Virus record (IMG/VR): IMGVR_UViG_3300009182_000043
Span: 1-64,000 of that record
Reading direction: 5' to 3' (one strand)
DNA from: a virus
Length of the DNA: 64,000 bases
Numbering within the stretch: position 1 is the first letter of the stretch; every line of letters starts with the position of its first letter. The position numbers and the translations under genes are program-made. The notes beneath the pieces were generated by a model. The model searched no databases and was not told the origin of the DNA. It worked only from the letters and a program-made list of their open reading frames with translations. Below are positions 9,566 to 19,568 of this stretch, piece after piece.

Positions 9566-11986
9566 TTATGATGTAATTATAATAGATGCTACTTGACTAA
9601 AAGTAGTAAATCCCCAGACTTTATAAGCCTGACCAGAAATAGTAACATCACCAGTTGCGTTTGGTGTATCTACAATATCTGACCCCAAGAATATGTGTTT
9701 AAATGTATGTGATGCCGTAGTTGGTGTTGCCATCCAAAGATAATCTGATGATGTAGTATTGGTATTAGCATAAGAAGTACCAATTACAATGTTTGCAGTA
9801 CCATGACTGTCGCTTGTAGTAAATGTTGGTACAGTACTATTAGATGTTATCTTCCAAAACAACGGGTAATATTTAGTTGCCGCAGTTACTGTACCGTTAA
9901 CAGTAGCGGTCATTGACCTACTACCAGCACCATATTGACCAGCACCATAATAATCACTACTTGTGATAGTATAATTCATTGTACTATCTAATGAAGTACT
10001 AGTTCCGCTTGTTTCACCAGAACTTGTTAATGTACCAGAAATACTATTTGCAGTATTAGCATAAGATACGTTACCACTTGCTACTGTTGCACCACTTGTT
10101 GTAGTTGCATTCCAGTTAAATGTCTGATTCAAGCTCCAATATGGAACTGATGAGCTTGGGAAAGTACCACTTAATGCTGTTATATTGAATGGTACAGGTT
10201 GATTGTTTGTTAATGTTGTTCCAGTAGATGTGTAAACACCTCTATTTGTAGTTAAACTTACACTTACTGCATCTGATGTATTAGTCTGCGTTCCTGCGCC
10301 AGTTAAGTATGAACTTGGAATCGTGTATGTTCCGTTAGCTGTGATGTTCAGTGCTAATAGATTTGCTCCAGTTACATTACTGCTACCAATATTAATATAA
10401 TCACTACTTTGTACATTGAAAGTTGCATTTGCTAGACTGAATGTAACGTTAACATTTTGTGTATTAACAGTTCCTGCAATGTAGTTTGCATAAGCATTCT
10501 TACTAGAACCACCGCCATACCAAACGTCTGTTGTACTCAGTGTTACAGGACCTAACTGAGCAATTGTATATGTACCACCTGGGTAAGCTGGATCAGTATA
10601 ACTTACACTTACATCAATTGTAGAACCTGCAACAATATTAGAGATGGTAGATACAATTGCTATTCCACCTGATGATTGTAATGCGGCGCCTGCACTTACC
10701 CAAGTTAGGTTACCAGTACCATCAGTTTGCAATACATAATTTGGTGTTCCACCTGTGATATGTAAATTACTTACATTTCCCAAACTTACATTAGGTCCAG
10801 TGAAGTTAACGTTACCAGAAACAGATAAACTTGTTAATGTTCCAACTGATGTAATGTTAGGTTGATTACTTGCTGTTACTGTACTAGCAGTAGTAGCACT
10901 TGATGCCGCTACGTTTGTTAATAATCCACCATCAGCAACAATTTTATCTACTGTTAATGTTTTAGTTGTTGAATTGAATGTTAAATTTGCACTGCCTGCT
11001 AAATTAGTACCATCATTATATTGAATCTGCGTGTTACTACCGCCAACGTTAGCATTACCAGTACCACTATAACTAGTTACCCAACTTAAATTACCATTAC
11101 CGTCTGTAGATAATACATAACCAGAACTACCACCTGTGATTCGTACATTTGCGGGTGGACCCAAATTAGAAGAACCTAAAACATTTAATCCAGACAATGT
11201 TCCAAGACTTGTAATGTTTGGTTGTGCATTTGTTGTTATTGTACCTGACAAGTAAGTAGCACTTACTAAATTACCACCAGACAATGAGTTTGCACCGCCC
11301 ATTGTAGTGTTAAGTAGTGTACCAACTGATGTTATATTTGGTTGAGATGATGATGTGACTGTACTAGCAGAACCACTTAGATTACCTAAGAAATTATTAG
11401 CACGTACATTACCTAATGTATTAAATGTTACAATCTCACTTGTTACTGATACATTGCTACCAAACGCAAACTCTGCATTTGAATTATCCCAACCCATGAA
11501 TGCGTCAATGGGTGCAGTTGTATAGTAATGTAATAATGTTCCGCGATCCTTTAAATCATTAGTTCCAAGTGCAGTTCCATCAACACCTCCACCTTGTTCA
11601 ATTATTGGATCTTTAATGTTTACTGTAGAAACGTTAGCATACACTAAGCTTCCATTTACAATTAAATTACCAGAAAGTGTAGCATTATTACCGGTTAAAT
11701 CACCGGTGATTGTTAATGATGTTAGTTGCCCAACTGATGTAATATTGGGCTGTGCGTTTGTTGTTAACGTGCCTTGATAGTAATTAGCAATTACTAGATT
11801 GCCTAAACTAGCATTTAATGCAGTTACATTTCCAGTACTGAATACGTTACCCTTAACGCCAATACCACCGGCTACTTTTAATGCGCCGGTAGCATTGCTG
11901 GTAGCGGCATCTTGACCACTGATGTCCAAAACAGTGTCAATTGTAGCGTTACCATATATTCTTGTCCCTGATCGTAAGAGTGCCAT
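9566..11986 (-). CDS. Modular fibre-like protein, 806 aa
   Basis: N-terminus (LRSGTRIYG) shared with the 1442-aa gene; GALKVAGGIGV motif; DPIIEQ module; unique C-terminal half. Confidence 0.85.
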   Translation of the reverse strand: MALLRSGTRIYGNATIDTVLDISGQDAATSNATGALKVAGGIGVKGNVFSTGNVTALNASLGNLVIANYYQGTLTTNAQPNITSVGQLTSLTITGDLTGNNATLSGNLIVNGSLVYANVSTVNIKDPIIEQGGGVDGTALGTNDLKDRGTLLHYYTTAPIDAFMGWDNSNAEFAFGSNVSVTSEIVTFNTLGNVRANNFLGNLSGSASTVTSSSQPNITSVGTLLNTTMGGANSLSGGNLVSATYLSGTITTNAQPNITSLGTLSGLNVLGSSNLGPPANVRITGGSSGYVLSTDGNGNLSWVTSYSGTGNANVGGSNTQIQYNDGTNLAGSANLTFNSTTKTLTVDKIVADGGLLTNVAASSATTASTVTASNQPNITSVGTLTSLSVSGNVNFTGPNVSLGNVSNLHITGGTPNYVLQTDGTGNLTWVSAGAALQSSGGIAIVSTISNIVAGSTIDVSVSYTDPAYPGGTYTIAQLGPVTLSTTDVWYGGGSSKNAYANYIAGTVNTQNVNVTFSLANATFNVQSSDYINIGSSNVTGANLLALNITANGTYTIPSSYLTGAGTQTNTSDAVSVSLTTNRGVYTSTGTTLTNNQPVPFNITALSGTFPSSSVPYWSLNQTFNWNATTTSGATVASGNVSYANTANSISGTLTSSGETSGTSTSLDSTMNYTITSSDYYGAGQYGAGSRSMTATVNGTVTAATKYYPLFWKITSNSTVPTFTTSDSHGTANIVIGTSYANTNTTSSDYLWMATPTTASHTFKHIFLGSDIVDTPNATGDVTISGQAYKVWGFTTFSQVASIIITS

Positions 11987-12012
11987 GCTGTTTTTATACC
12001 TTACTTATATAC

Positions 12013-12246
12013 TTATGTTATTCCAGATACTTCGTCAAAAACTCCGGAAATTTTTAGTACACCCGTATTTAGCTGTTGCATGGCCTTACTATTTTCGGTG
12101 CCTGTGTATTCATCCAACGTATAAGCAAACACCCCATTAGGGGTGATGCTTATATTTGCTTGGCTGATTTCGCTGAACCCTATACTGTTGTTTTTATCAC
12201 AATATAGGTTTCCTGTGTTACCCAATCTTGCCGCAATTGTAGCCAT
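12013..12246 (-). CDS. Small structural protein, 77 aa, paralog of the termini of the 315-aa LamG protein
   Basis: RBS GGAG upstream; fills the gap between co-oriented genes; sequence similarity to 16625..17572. Confidence 0.8.
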   Translation of the reverse strand: MATIAARLGNTGNLYCDKNNSIGFSEISQANISITPNGVFAYTLDEYTGTENSKAMQQLNTGVLKISGVFDEVSGIT

Positions 12247-12257
12247 AACATCTCCAA

Positions 12258-15200
12258 TTAATTGAAGATGAAGTCTAAACTACCTGATGTTGAGTTGTAT
12301 TGAATATATGCCGCACTTGCTGTGTTACCACTACCAACTGCAAAACCAACTGCCTTACCAGCATAAACATTACCTTCAGCAGAGATACCGCCCTTAGTGT
12401 GAATAGCACTACCAACAGCCGCACTAGTTGCATCAGTTGTACTGTTTGCAGTAATATAGTTGTTAGAAGTAATATTGTTTGCAGTGATATTACCTGATGC
12501 TTCAACAACACCTACTACGTTAGCCCCTGTTCCAGAAACTGTAAGAATTGTAGAACCTGCAATTGTTGTTACAGCATCACCGCCAGAAGTTGCAATGCTT
12601 ACATTACTTGTACCATTAACAATTCTAGTTGTATCGTTAGATACGAAACTTAAATTACCTGCGCCATCTGTCTGAATAATTTGACCAGCAGTACCACCAG
12701 AGATATAAACATTACCAATTGCATTTAAGTTTGATGTTCCACTAACTGCCAATGATGTCAATGTACCAACGCTTGTTACGTTTGGTTGAGATGCTGTTGT
12801 CAATGTACCTGTTAAGTAAGTAGCCTTAACTGTACCTGAATTAGCATAAACATTACCGGCTATTACACTACCAGTAACGTTAGCATTAGTACTTGCATTG
12901 ATTGTAATTACGTTAGCATAATCAGTTGTCAATGTATTTGTACCTGCGTTAAATGCTAAGTTAGCACTATCAGTTAATCGGTCAGTAGAAACTTCAGCAA
13001 ACGTGATGCGTCCACCTGTCAAATCAGTAACAATAACGTTGGCTGCTGTAAGTGTGCTAGTAACGTTTGCAGTACCTGTAACTTTCAATTCGTTACTTGC
13101 AAATGTCAAATTAGCATCATCTTTCAATGACTTATCACTATCAACAAACGGAACACGTGTAGCTGTTAATCTTGTAACAATAACATTGGCTGCGTTTGCA
13201 GTGCCAGAAAGTTCAACATTACCAACAGTTAATTTTCCTGATCCAAATGTGAATGCAGAGTCATCAACTAATTTACCACTTGTACTTGCATATGTAACAC
13301 GACCAGAAGTCAGTGTAGAAACAAATACGTTAGAAGTTTCAACTTTACCAGTAATGTTTGCATTACCATCAACTGTAAAGACATTACCTGTTGGGTTAAA
13401 TGTAAACTTAGCACTTGATGCAAAATTATTATCAGTGTTGAACTGGATATAATTATTTGAGCCAGATGCTTGTTGCAAGTCCCAAGCTTGACCGTTTGCA
13501 TAGAACAAATTATCTGTTAAGATACCATTACCTGCGCCAAAGCCAGAAATATTTCCTGAAACAGACAAGCTTGTCAATGTTCCAACACTTGTTATGTTTG
13601 GTTGTGATGCTGTTGTTAATGTACCTGTTAAATAGTCAGTCTTAACATATCCACCTGTACCAACATTTACACTTAAGTTTCCACCAGTATATAGTAAATT
13701 AGAGCCGTCATTAGCTAAGTCACCGTATGTACTATACGATTTAACTGTACCTGTACCTGTACCAACACCTGAAGCAGTAAATCGTGTACCCACAGTATTA
13801 TTGGCTGCTCCTATTAATGTATAGTCAGTAGTACCAGCTGATACGATTTCGTAAGTTCTGCCTGCCATAATAGCAGTAGCATTTATAGTAGAACCATAAT
13901 GAATTGTTACATTAGTAGCAAATTGAACGGAACCATTTGAACCAGCTACTTTAATGTTACCGGAAATATTACCAGTAACGTTACCTGTTAAGTCACCGAC
14001 GAATGAGCTTCCAGCTCCTAGTGTAACGTTACCGTTACTGAATACAACACCACCAAAGTTAGCATTGTATGCAAAGATATTGCTTAATGTTAAGTCAGCA
14101 AGGTTTGCGGCTACTTGGGCAGCATTTGAACCATAATCAACTACATTATTAACTACTGATACGTTTTGTGCTAAAACGAATGTTGAGTTAGAATTATCCC
14201 AACCCATGAACAAGTCTTTATTCACACCACTAGTACGTGTATGCATGAATAAACCACGATCATAAGCATCATTGCTTGCTAGTGCCGCTCCGTTTGCGCC
14301 GCCACCTAATTCAAATAACGGGTCAGTTAGCTGAGAAACTGTAGTGTTAACGCTTGTTGTTGTACCTGTAACTGTTAAGTTACCAGTAATAACTGTATTA
14401 CCTGCATTCAAGTTACCAGTTACATTTGCATAACCAGTAAGAGTAAGATTACCCGTAGCATTTACATCTACTACGTTAGCAATGTTGGCAAATAGATAAT
14501 TAACACCGCTAATGTTACCACCAGAACCGCCACCAGTAACAATGTTACCGTTAACTGTTAGGTTACCAGAACCGTATGTTAAGTCTGAACTGTCTACTAA
14601 TTTGTGATTTGAATCAGAGAATACAAGGCGTGTATCAGTTAAATTTCGTACAACAGCATTACCTACGTTTGCATTAGCATTTAACTGTAAGCTGTCAGTA
14701 GTTAAAACATTACCTGTTGTGTTGAATGATAGATTTGCACTTGCATCAAAGTTATTATTTGTGTTAAACTGAATTGCTCCGTTACTACCTTGAGCTTGTT
14801 GTAAGTCCCAAGCTGATCCATTAGCATATAACAAATTATCTGTTTTGATATTAGTTGCGGCTACGTTACCTGTAACAGTTAATACGTTACCATCAAATGT
14901 TAGATTTGCGCTATCTTGTAATTTACCAGATAAACCTGCAAGTGTAACACGACCAGATGTTAGATTATTTGAAGTTACATTGGCTGCAACTAGTGCACCA
15001 GTTAAATCAACATTACCAACTTCTAGTTTAGAACCAGCTGTTGTAAATTTGAATGTGCTATCATCAGTTAATGACTTGTCTGTATCAACAAACGGAACAC
15101 GTGTTGATGTCAAGCTTGTAACAATAACTTCGGCTGCATTTGCAGTACCACCCAATGTAGCGTTGAAAACTGACAATGTATTGCTTGTTGAATTGAATGT

Positions 15201-16586
15201 TAAGTTAGCACTGTCAATCAATGCTTTTGTTGCGTTAGCAAAAGGAATGCGTGTATCACCCAAGCTAGTAACAATAACATTGGCTGCATTCGCTGTACCA
15301 GATAATGTAGCATTAGCAACTGTTAATGTACTTGTACCTGTAGTATATTTGAATGTTGATTCACCAACTAATCTACTATCACCATTTAAGAATGGAATTT
15401 GATCCTGAGACAAATCTCTAACAATAGCACTACCAACGTTTGCTGTACCAACGTTACCAGATCCAGTTGCAATCATTGATTTTACGTTTGCAGTACCATC
15501 AGAAAAGATAGCTGCATTTGAATTGACTTTTAATGCGCCAGTACCAACAGTCAAATTACCATTATTATTAAGTGTAACATTACCACCGGAAGTTTCTAAA
15601 ACTACACTAGATGAAGTTAGATTAGCGTATGAAGTTCCACCGTTTAATATAGCAGTAGTGGTAGCTAAAATTGAAAGATTTCCACCTTTAATGTTACCAA
15701 TAGCGGCAGTCATGTTGATGTTGCCTTCAATGTTTGCCGCGCCACCTAATACTAAAGCAGTTGTGCTTACTGTATTGCTTGATTTGTCAAACGTGAAACC
15801 TGCTGTTGCGTTTGTAGTACCACCATCGTTAAATCCTACTTGTGTATTCGCACCAGGAGCACTTGTAGTACCGCTAACAGTTCCGTGAATTGTTCCGCCA
15901 ACCCATAAATCACCAGCAATACCTGTACCACCACCAACAATCAATGCACCTGTTGTTGTGCTTGTACTTGATGCTGTATTAGCCGCATTAATTTGACCTG
16001 TAGCTGTAATTGTACCATTTGTTGTAATAACTACATTACCTGTAGTACTAGCATTACCAATTTGTAAACCAGTTAAATTACCAAGACTTGTTATGTTACC
16101 CTGTGATGCACCAGTAACTATACCTGCATATGCTGAATTGTTTGCATTTGATACTGTACCAGTAACATTAGCACCAGTAATATTTGCTAGTGTGTCACCT
16201 TCACCTATAAAGTGAGATGCTTTTACGTTACCATATGTTGCTACAGTGATGTTACCATCTTTTCCAGCACCTTCGGTAGCAGATGCACCAAATTCAAATT
16301 GCCCATTAGTTGTGTGCCAACCCATGAATGCTTTAGTATCCGCACTACCATTCCAGTAGTGCATTAAAATACCACGTTCTTTTCCATCATCAGTTGTTAG
16401 TGCCGCTCCGTTTGCGCCTGTGCCCAATTCAAAGATTGGATCTTGTAATTGAGTAACTGTACTGTTAACTGACGTTGTAGTACCAGTAACTACTAAGTTA
16501 CCGCTAATTGTAATATTGCCTACGGTTAGTGTTTGGTCGACTTGTGCATCACCATAAATTCTAGTACCGTCTTTTAATTTTGCCAT
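12258..16586 (-). CDS. Long modular fibre-like protein, 1442 aa
   Basis: Two DP.FELG...FMGW modules; repeated LT..R(V/I).F....K.L.D...(F/L)TF units; TDNL.YANG.AW motifs. Confidence 0.85.
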   Translation of the reverse strand: MAKLKDGTRIYGDAQVDQTLTVGNITISGNLVVTGTTTSVNSTVTQLQDPIFELGTGANGAALTTDDGKERGILMHYWNGSADTKAFMGWHTTNGQFEFGASATEGAGKDGNITVATYGNVKASHFIGEGDTLANITGANVTGTVSNANNSAYAGIVTGASQGNITSLGNLTGLQIGNASTTGNVVITTNGTITATGQINAANTASSTSTTTGALIVGGGTGIAGDLWVGGTIHGTVSGTTSAPGANTQVGFNDGGTTNATAGFTFDKSSNTVSTTALVLGGAANIEGNINMTAAIGNIKGGNLSILATTTAILNGGTSYANLTSSSVVLETSGGNVTLNNNGNLTVGTGALKVNSNAAIFSDGTANVKSMIATGSGNVGTANVGSAIVRDLSQDQIPFLNGDSRLVGESTFKYTTGTSTLTVANATLSGTANAANVIVTSLGDTRIPFANATKALIDSANLTFNSTSNTLSVFNATLGGTANAAEVIVTSLTSTRVPFVDTDKSLTDDSTFKFTTAGSKLEVGNVDLTGALVAANVTSNNLTSGRVTLAGLSGKLQDSANLTFDGNVLTVTGNVAATNIKTDNLLYANGSAWDLQQAQGSNGAIQFNTNNNFDASANLSFNTTGNVLTTDSLQLNANANVGNAVVRNLTDTRLVFSDSNHKLVDSSDLTYGSGNLTVNGNIVTGGGSGGNISGVNYLFANIANVVDVNATGNLTLTGYANVTGNLNAGNTVITGNLTVTGTTTSVNTTVSQLTDPLFELGGGANGAALASNDAYDRGLFMHTRTSGVNKDLFMGWDNSNSTFVLAQNVSVVNNVVDYGSNAAQVAANLADLTLSNIFAYNANFGGVVFSNGNVTLGAGSSFVGDLTGNVTGNISGNIKVAGSNGSVQFATNVTIHYGSTINATAIMAGRTYEIVSAGTTDYTLIGAANNTVGTRFTASGVGTGTGTVKSYSTYGDLANDGSNLLYTGGNLSVNVGTGGYVKTDYLTGTLTTASQPNITSVGTLTSLSVSGNISGFGAGNGILTDNLFYANGQAWDLQQASGSNNYIQFNTDNNFASSAKFTFNPTGNVFTVDGNANITGKVETSNVFVSTLTSGRVTYASTSGKLVDDSAFTFGSGKLTVGNVELSGTANAANVIVTRLTATRVPFVDSDKSLKDDANLTFASNELKVTGTANVTSTLTAANVIVTDLTGGRITFAEVSTDRLTDSANLAFNAGTNTLTTDYANVITINASTNANVTGSVIAGNVYANSGTVKATYLTGTLTTASQPNVTSVGTLTSLAVSGTSNLNAIGNVYISGGTAGQIIQTDGAGNLSFVSNDTTRIVNGTSNVSIATSGGDAVTTIAGSTILTVSGTGANVVGVVEASGNITANNITSNNYITANSTTDATSAAVGSAIHTKGGISAEGNVYAGKAVGFAVGSGNTASAAYIQYNSTSGSLDFIFN

Positions 16587-16624
16587 TTTATTTTTCCTTT
16601 GTTTCTAAAAGTTAGTTTAGTGAT

Positions 16625-17572
16625 TTACACTATACCCGTATGTTCGTCAAACTCATTTTGAACTAGCAACTTACCATTTTTAAATTGTTTCATTGCTCCG
16701 TTGAATGTTGTTGATGATGGTGAACCCGCATCAAATGTTGCACTACCGTTATTTGTAACTGATTGTGTACTATCTGAACTATCAGTTACTAAACTACCTG
16801 AATCTATTACTTTTAATAATAGCTTCGTACTTGATCCAGAAATAGCACTGATGTTTACTCCTGAATTTTGTATTTTTTGTAATGGGTTGATTGGTGTGCT
16901 GAAAGTATTAGTATACACTGCTAGACCTTTTACAATTCTAAATTGTGTAATCTTGCCTACAAAATAACCATCCTTAACACCTGCTGTTGCATTTTGACCA
17001 ACATCGCTTAAATCTATTTCGCCGCCAATTGCTAATGCACGTGATGAAGTTGAATCATATGGTGTGTTATCTACTATTCTTGCTAAACCATTGATATAAA
17101 CTTTAGCTACACCACTGCTTTTAACTAAAGCAATATGTGTCCACGCATTAGCATGAAAAGAATTTGATCCGCTACCAATTGGTGAACCAGAACCTTTCCA
17201 ATAGTATACTTGAGTTCCCATTATTTCAACGTTATCTCCGTCTGGGAAACACCATAGACGTTGATATGCAGATGAGGTAGAATAAAACCATCCTTCGATT
17301 GTAAAATCGCTTGTACCAAACTGAAAATCTCCGGTACCTGCCAATGAAAGATACTGAGTTGTACCATCAAATAAAACAGATCCGCCGGAAGGTTGTCCTG
17401 AAGGCAATGTAATTTCGTCTAATTCACCAGCAAAGATATTTGTCTTTGTAACTTTGTGATTAGAATCAGTAACTTCATCAAATCCGGTACTTAAATCACC
17501 AGGTGTAATACCAGCAGTGTATAGTGTACCATCATTTTTTAATCTTGCTCCAATTGTTGTCGGTGCGCTCAT
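16625..17572 (-). CDS. Concanavalin A-like lectin/LamG-domain virion protein, 315 aa
   Basis: GSVLFDGTTQYL...FGTSDFTIEGWFY...WTHIALVKSSG...YING...GYFVGKITQFRIVKG.AVYT is a LamG-like signature. Confidence 0.8.
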   Translation of the reverse strand: MSAPTTIGARLKNDGTLYTAGITPGDLSTGFDEVTDSNHKVTKTNIFAGELDEITLPSGQPSGGSVLFDGTTQYLSLAGTGDFQFGTSDFTIEGWFYSTSSAYQRLWCFPDGDNVEIMGTQVYYWKGSGSPIGSGSNSFHANAWTHIALVKSSGVAKVYINGLARIVDNTPYDSTSSRALAIGGEIDLSDVGQNATAGVKDGYFVGKITQFRIVKGLAVYTNTFSTPINPLQKIQNSGVNISAISGSSTKLLLKVIDSGSLVTDSSDSTQSVTNNGSATFDAGSPSSTTFNGAMKQFKNGKLLVQNEFDEHTGIV

Positions 17573-17584
17573 GTTTTTCCCTAA

Positions 17585-18112
17585 TTATTTAAACTGAAAT
17601 TCAAAGCTATCAACTCCTGAGTTGTAACCTAAACTTCCTTTTGGTGTTGTTCCGCCGCCAGTTAAGTTAATGTTACCACCTACAGTTAAATCTTTAGCTA
17701 TCCCTACACCCCCTGAAGTGACTATTGAGCCAGTTATTGTGGACGTAGAGTCTGTAGTACTATTTATCGTAAGTGTATTATTTATCGATATAGCGTTGAA
17801 ATTTGCCCCATCTGCAACAATATTTCCCAAAAAAGTAGCGGTTGTTGCGTTTGCATTTATCAAATACCCATTAATATCAATATTTCCCGAAAGTGAAATA
17901 TTTTGAAATCTATTGGCTGCATTACCAATAGAATAAGTAGCATTTGCGTTTGGAATTAAATTACTAGCAACATAGTCTTTGACTTTAAGAACAGAAATAT
18001 TAGCTAGGTTAGTAACCGTAATACTAGCTACATTAGCGTTGCCTGAGGCTGCGTCTAAGCTTATATTACCAGTTTTAATCCCAGTCTTAACGTTAAAATT
18101 CTTATATGTCAT
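17585..18112 (-). CDS. Short fibre-like/adaptor protein, 175 aa
   Basis: KNFNVKTG N-terminus; GSIVTSGGVGIAKDL motif; C-terminus like the 1442-aa protein. Confidence 0.8.
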   Translation of the reverse strand: MTYKNFNVKTGIKTGNISLDAASGNANVASITVTNLANISVLKVKDYVASNLIPNANATYSIGNAANRFQNISLSGNIDINGYLINANATTATFLGNIVADGANFNAISINNTLTINSTTDSTSTITGSIVTSGGVGIAKDLTVGGNINLTGGGTTPKGSLGYNSGVDSFEFQFK

Positions 18113-18125
18113 TTTCTTATTCTTA

Positions 18126-19568
18126 TCAATCTTTAATGTAAGTAGCCAAATAATTCAACACTGTGGTAGTTGCACCAATTCTAGAAGCATATAAATTCAC
18201 ATTTCCACCAGCTATACTTGTACTCACGCTTACTATATCAGTGTCGTCGGAACTAATATATCCATAAACAGTAATATAACTATCTGTACCATCATGTATA
18301 ACTAACGCTTCTAGTGCTTCATAAGTCGTGCTATTTGACACTTTTATTATATATTTAGCAGTTCTATAAGTTGTTATTGGGAACGTATCAATTAAAGTTT
18401 CGGTTGTAATTGTGATGTTTGCGCTGTTACCAACAATGCTTCCCATTGCTAGTGTACCAGGAACTTTTACAGTTGTATTTGATGTTCCAATTGTAATATT
18501 GCTTATTGCGGAAGAACCAATTCCTGTAAATATTCCGGCTGCTCCGCTTGTTGTGTTTGCGGCAATTGTTGCATTACCAAGACTTATTGCACCGTAACTA
18601 GCATCTCCGCTTGAATTAATATTAACTGCATTTAGATTAGCAGTACCACTAAGTTTAGTAGCGTCTAATCCACTTAGATAGTATCCGTTACCTAAATAAT
18701 AATTAGTGCTGATGTCTATATTTCCACCAACTGCTAATACGTTTGAGGTATCATTAAATGTGAATTTAGAACTATGTGTAGCTGTATTTGAACTAGAGAT
18801 ATAAATTACATGAGTATTACCACTACTAAAATGTAGATTACCGTATAAATCATCTGCTACTAGATTTCCGCTAATAGTAACATTACCAGTACCATTTGGA
18901 TCAATAACGATACTATCATTTGTGTTTACACTACTGATAGTATTACCAACAATGTTCAAATTACCTAAATTAGCATTTGAAATAGTAGAACTAGATGTAG
19001 TACCAAGACCAATATCTCCGGTGTATCTTGCACCAGTGATATAAACGCTCTTACCAGTGACACCGGTACCAATTCCTGTTGGAATGTTTGTACCAATAAA
19101 GTGTAGTACACCTGACTGATAATCAAAGTACCATTGGTCATCAAGAGCAGTTGGACTTGTTACACCTGCAGCCGTAATCTTGTTTGCAGAAATTGTTACT
19201 TGAGTTGTTTTATTAGAACCAGTTATTCCTGAGTTAGCAATATAAACACTAACAATATAGTCAGCACCAAACTCAGGACTTATCCAGTCAGTTAAATTTG
19301 TTTTCCAAGTTCTGTTATCTGCGGCACTATTATCTTCTGTACATTCAACTGTAGTTGCACCTGAATAAACAGTAACAACCGTACTTGATGTAGCAATACT
19401 AGCTGAGATTAAATCTGAACGTTGCCAAATTCTATCGCCGCGAATTAATAATGGGCTAGAAATGCTTTCTTCAAAACCCTGCTTGGTTGTTCCCAAGTCA
19501 GTCTTAGTTTTACCGTAGGCTATTTTCTTCCAAAGATAATCAACTTTTTGTGAGTCTGAAATAGCCAT
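18126..19568 (-). CDS. Virion structural protein, 480 aa
   Basis: QKVDYLWKK N-terminus; WYFDYQSGVLHF; C-terminal IDTF...YRTAKYII...YG domain shared with the 756- and 226-aa genes. Confidence 0.8.
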   Translation of the reverse strand: MAISDSQKVDYLWKKIAYGKTKTDLGTTKQGFEESISSPLLIRGDRIWQRSDLISASIATSSTVVTVYSGATTVECTEDNSAADNRTWKTNLTDWISPEFGADYIVSVYIANSGITGSNKTTQVTISANKITAAGVTSPTALDDQWYFDYQSGVLHFIGTNIPTGIGTGVTGKSVYITGARYTGDIGLGTTSSSTISNANLGNLNIVGNTISSVNTNDSIVIDPNGTGNVTISGNLVADDLYGNLHFSSGNTHVIYISSSNTATHSSKFTFNDTSNVLAVGGNIDISTNYYLGNGYYLSGLDATKLSGTANLNAVNINSSGDASYGAISLGNATIAANTTSGAAGIFTGIGSSAISNITIGTSNTTVKVPGTLAMGSIVGNSANITITTETLIDTFPITTYRTAKYIIKVSNSTTYEALEALVIHDGTDSYITVYGYISSDDTDIVSVSTSIAGGNVNLYASRIGATTTVLNYLATYIKD

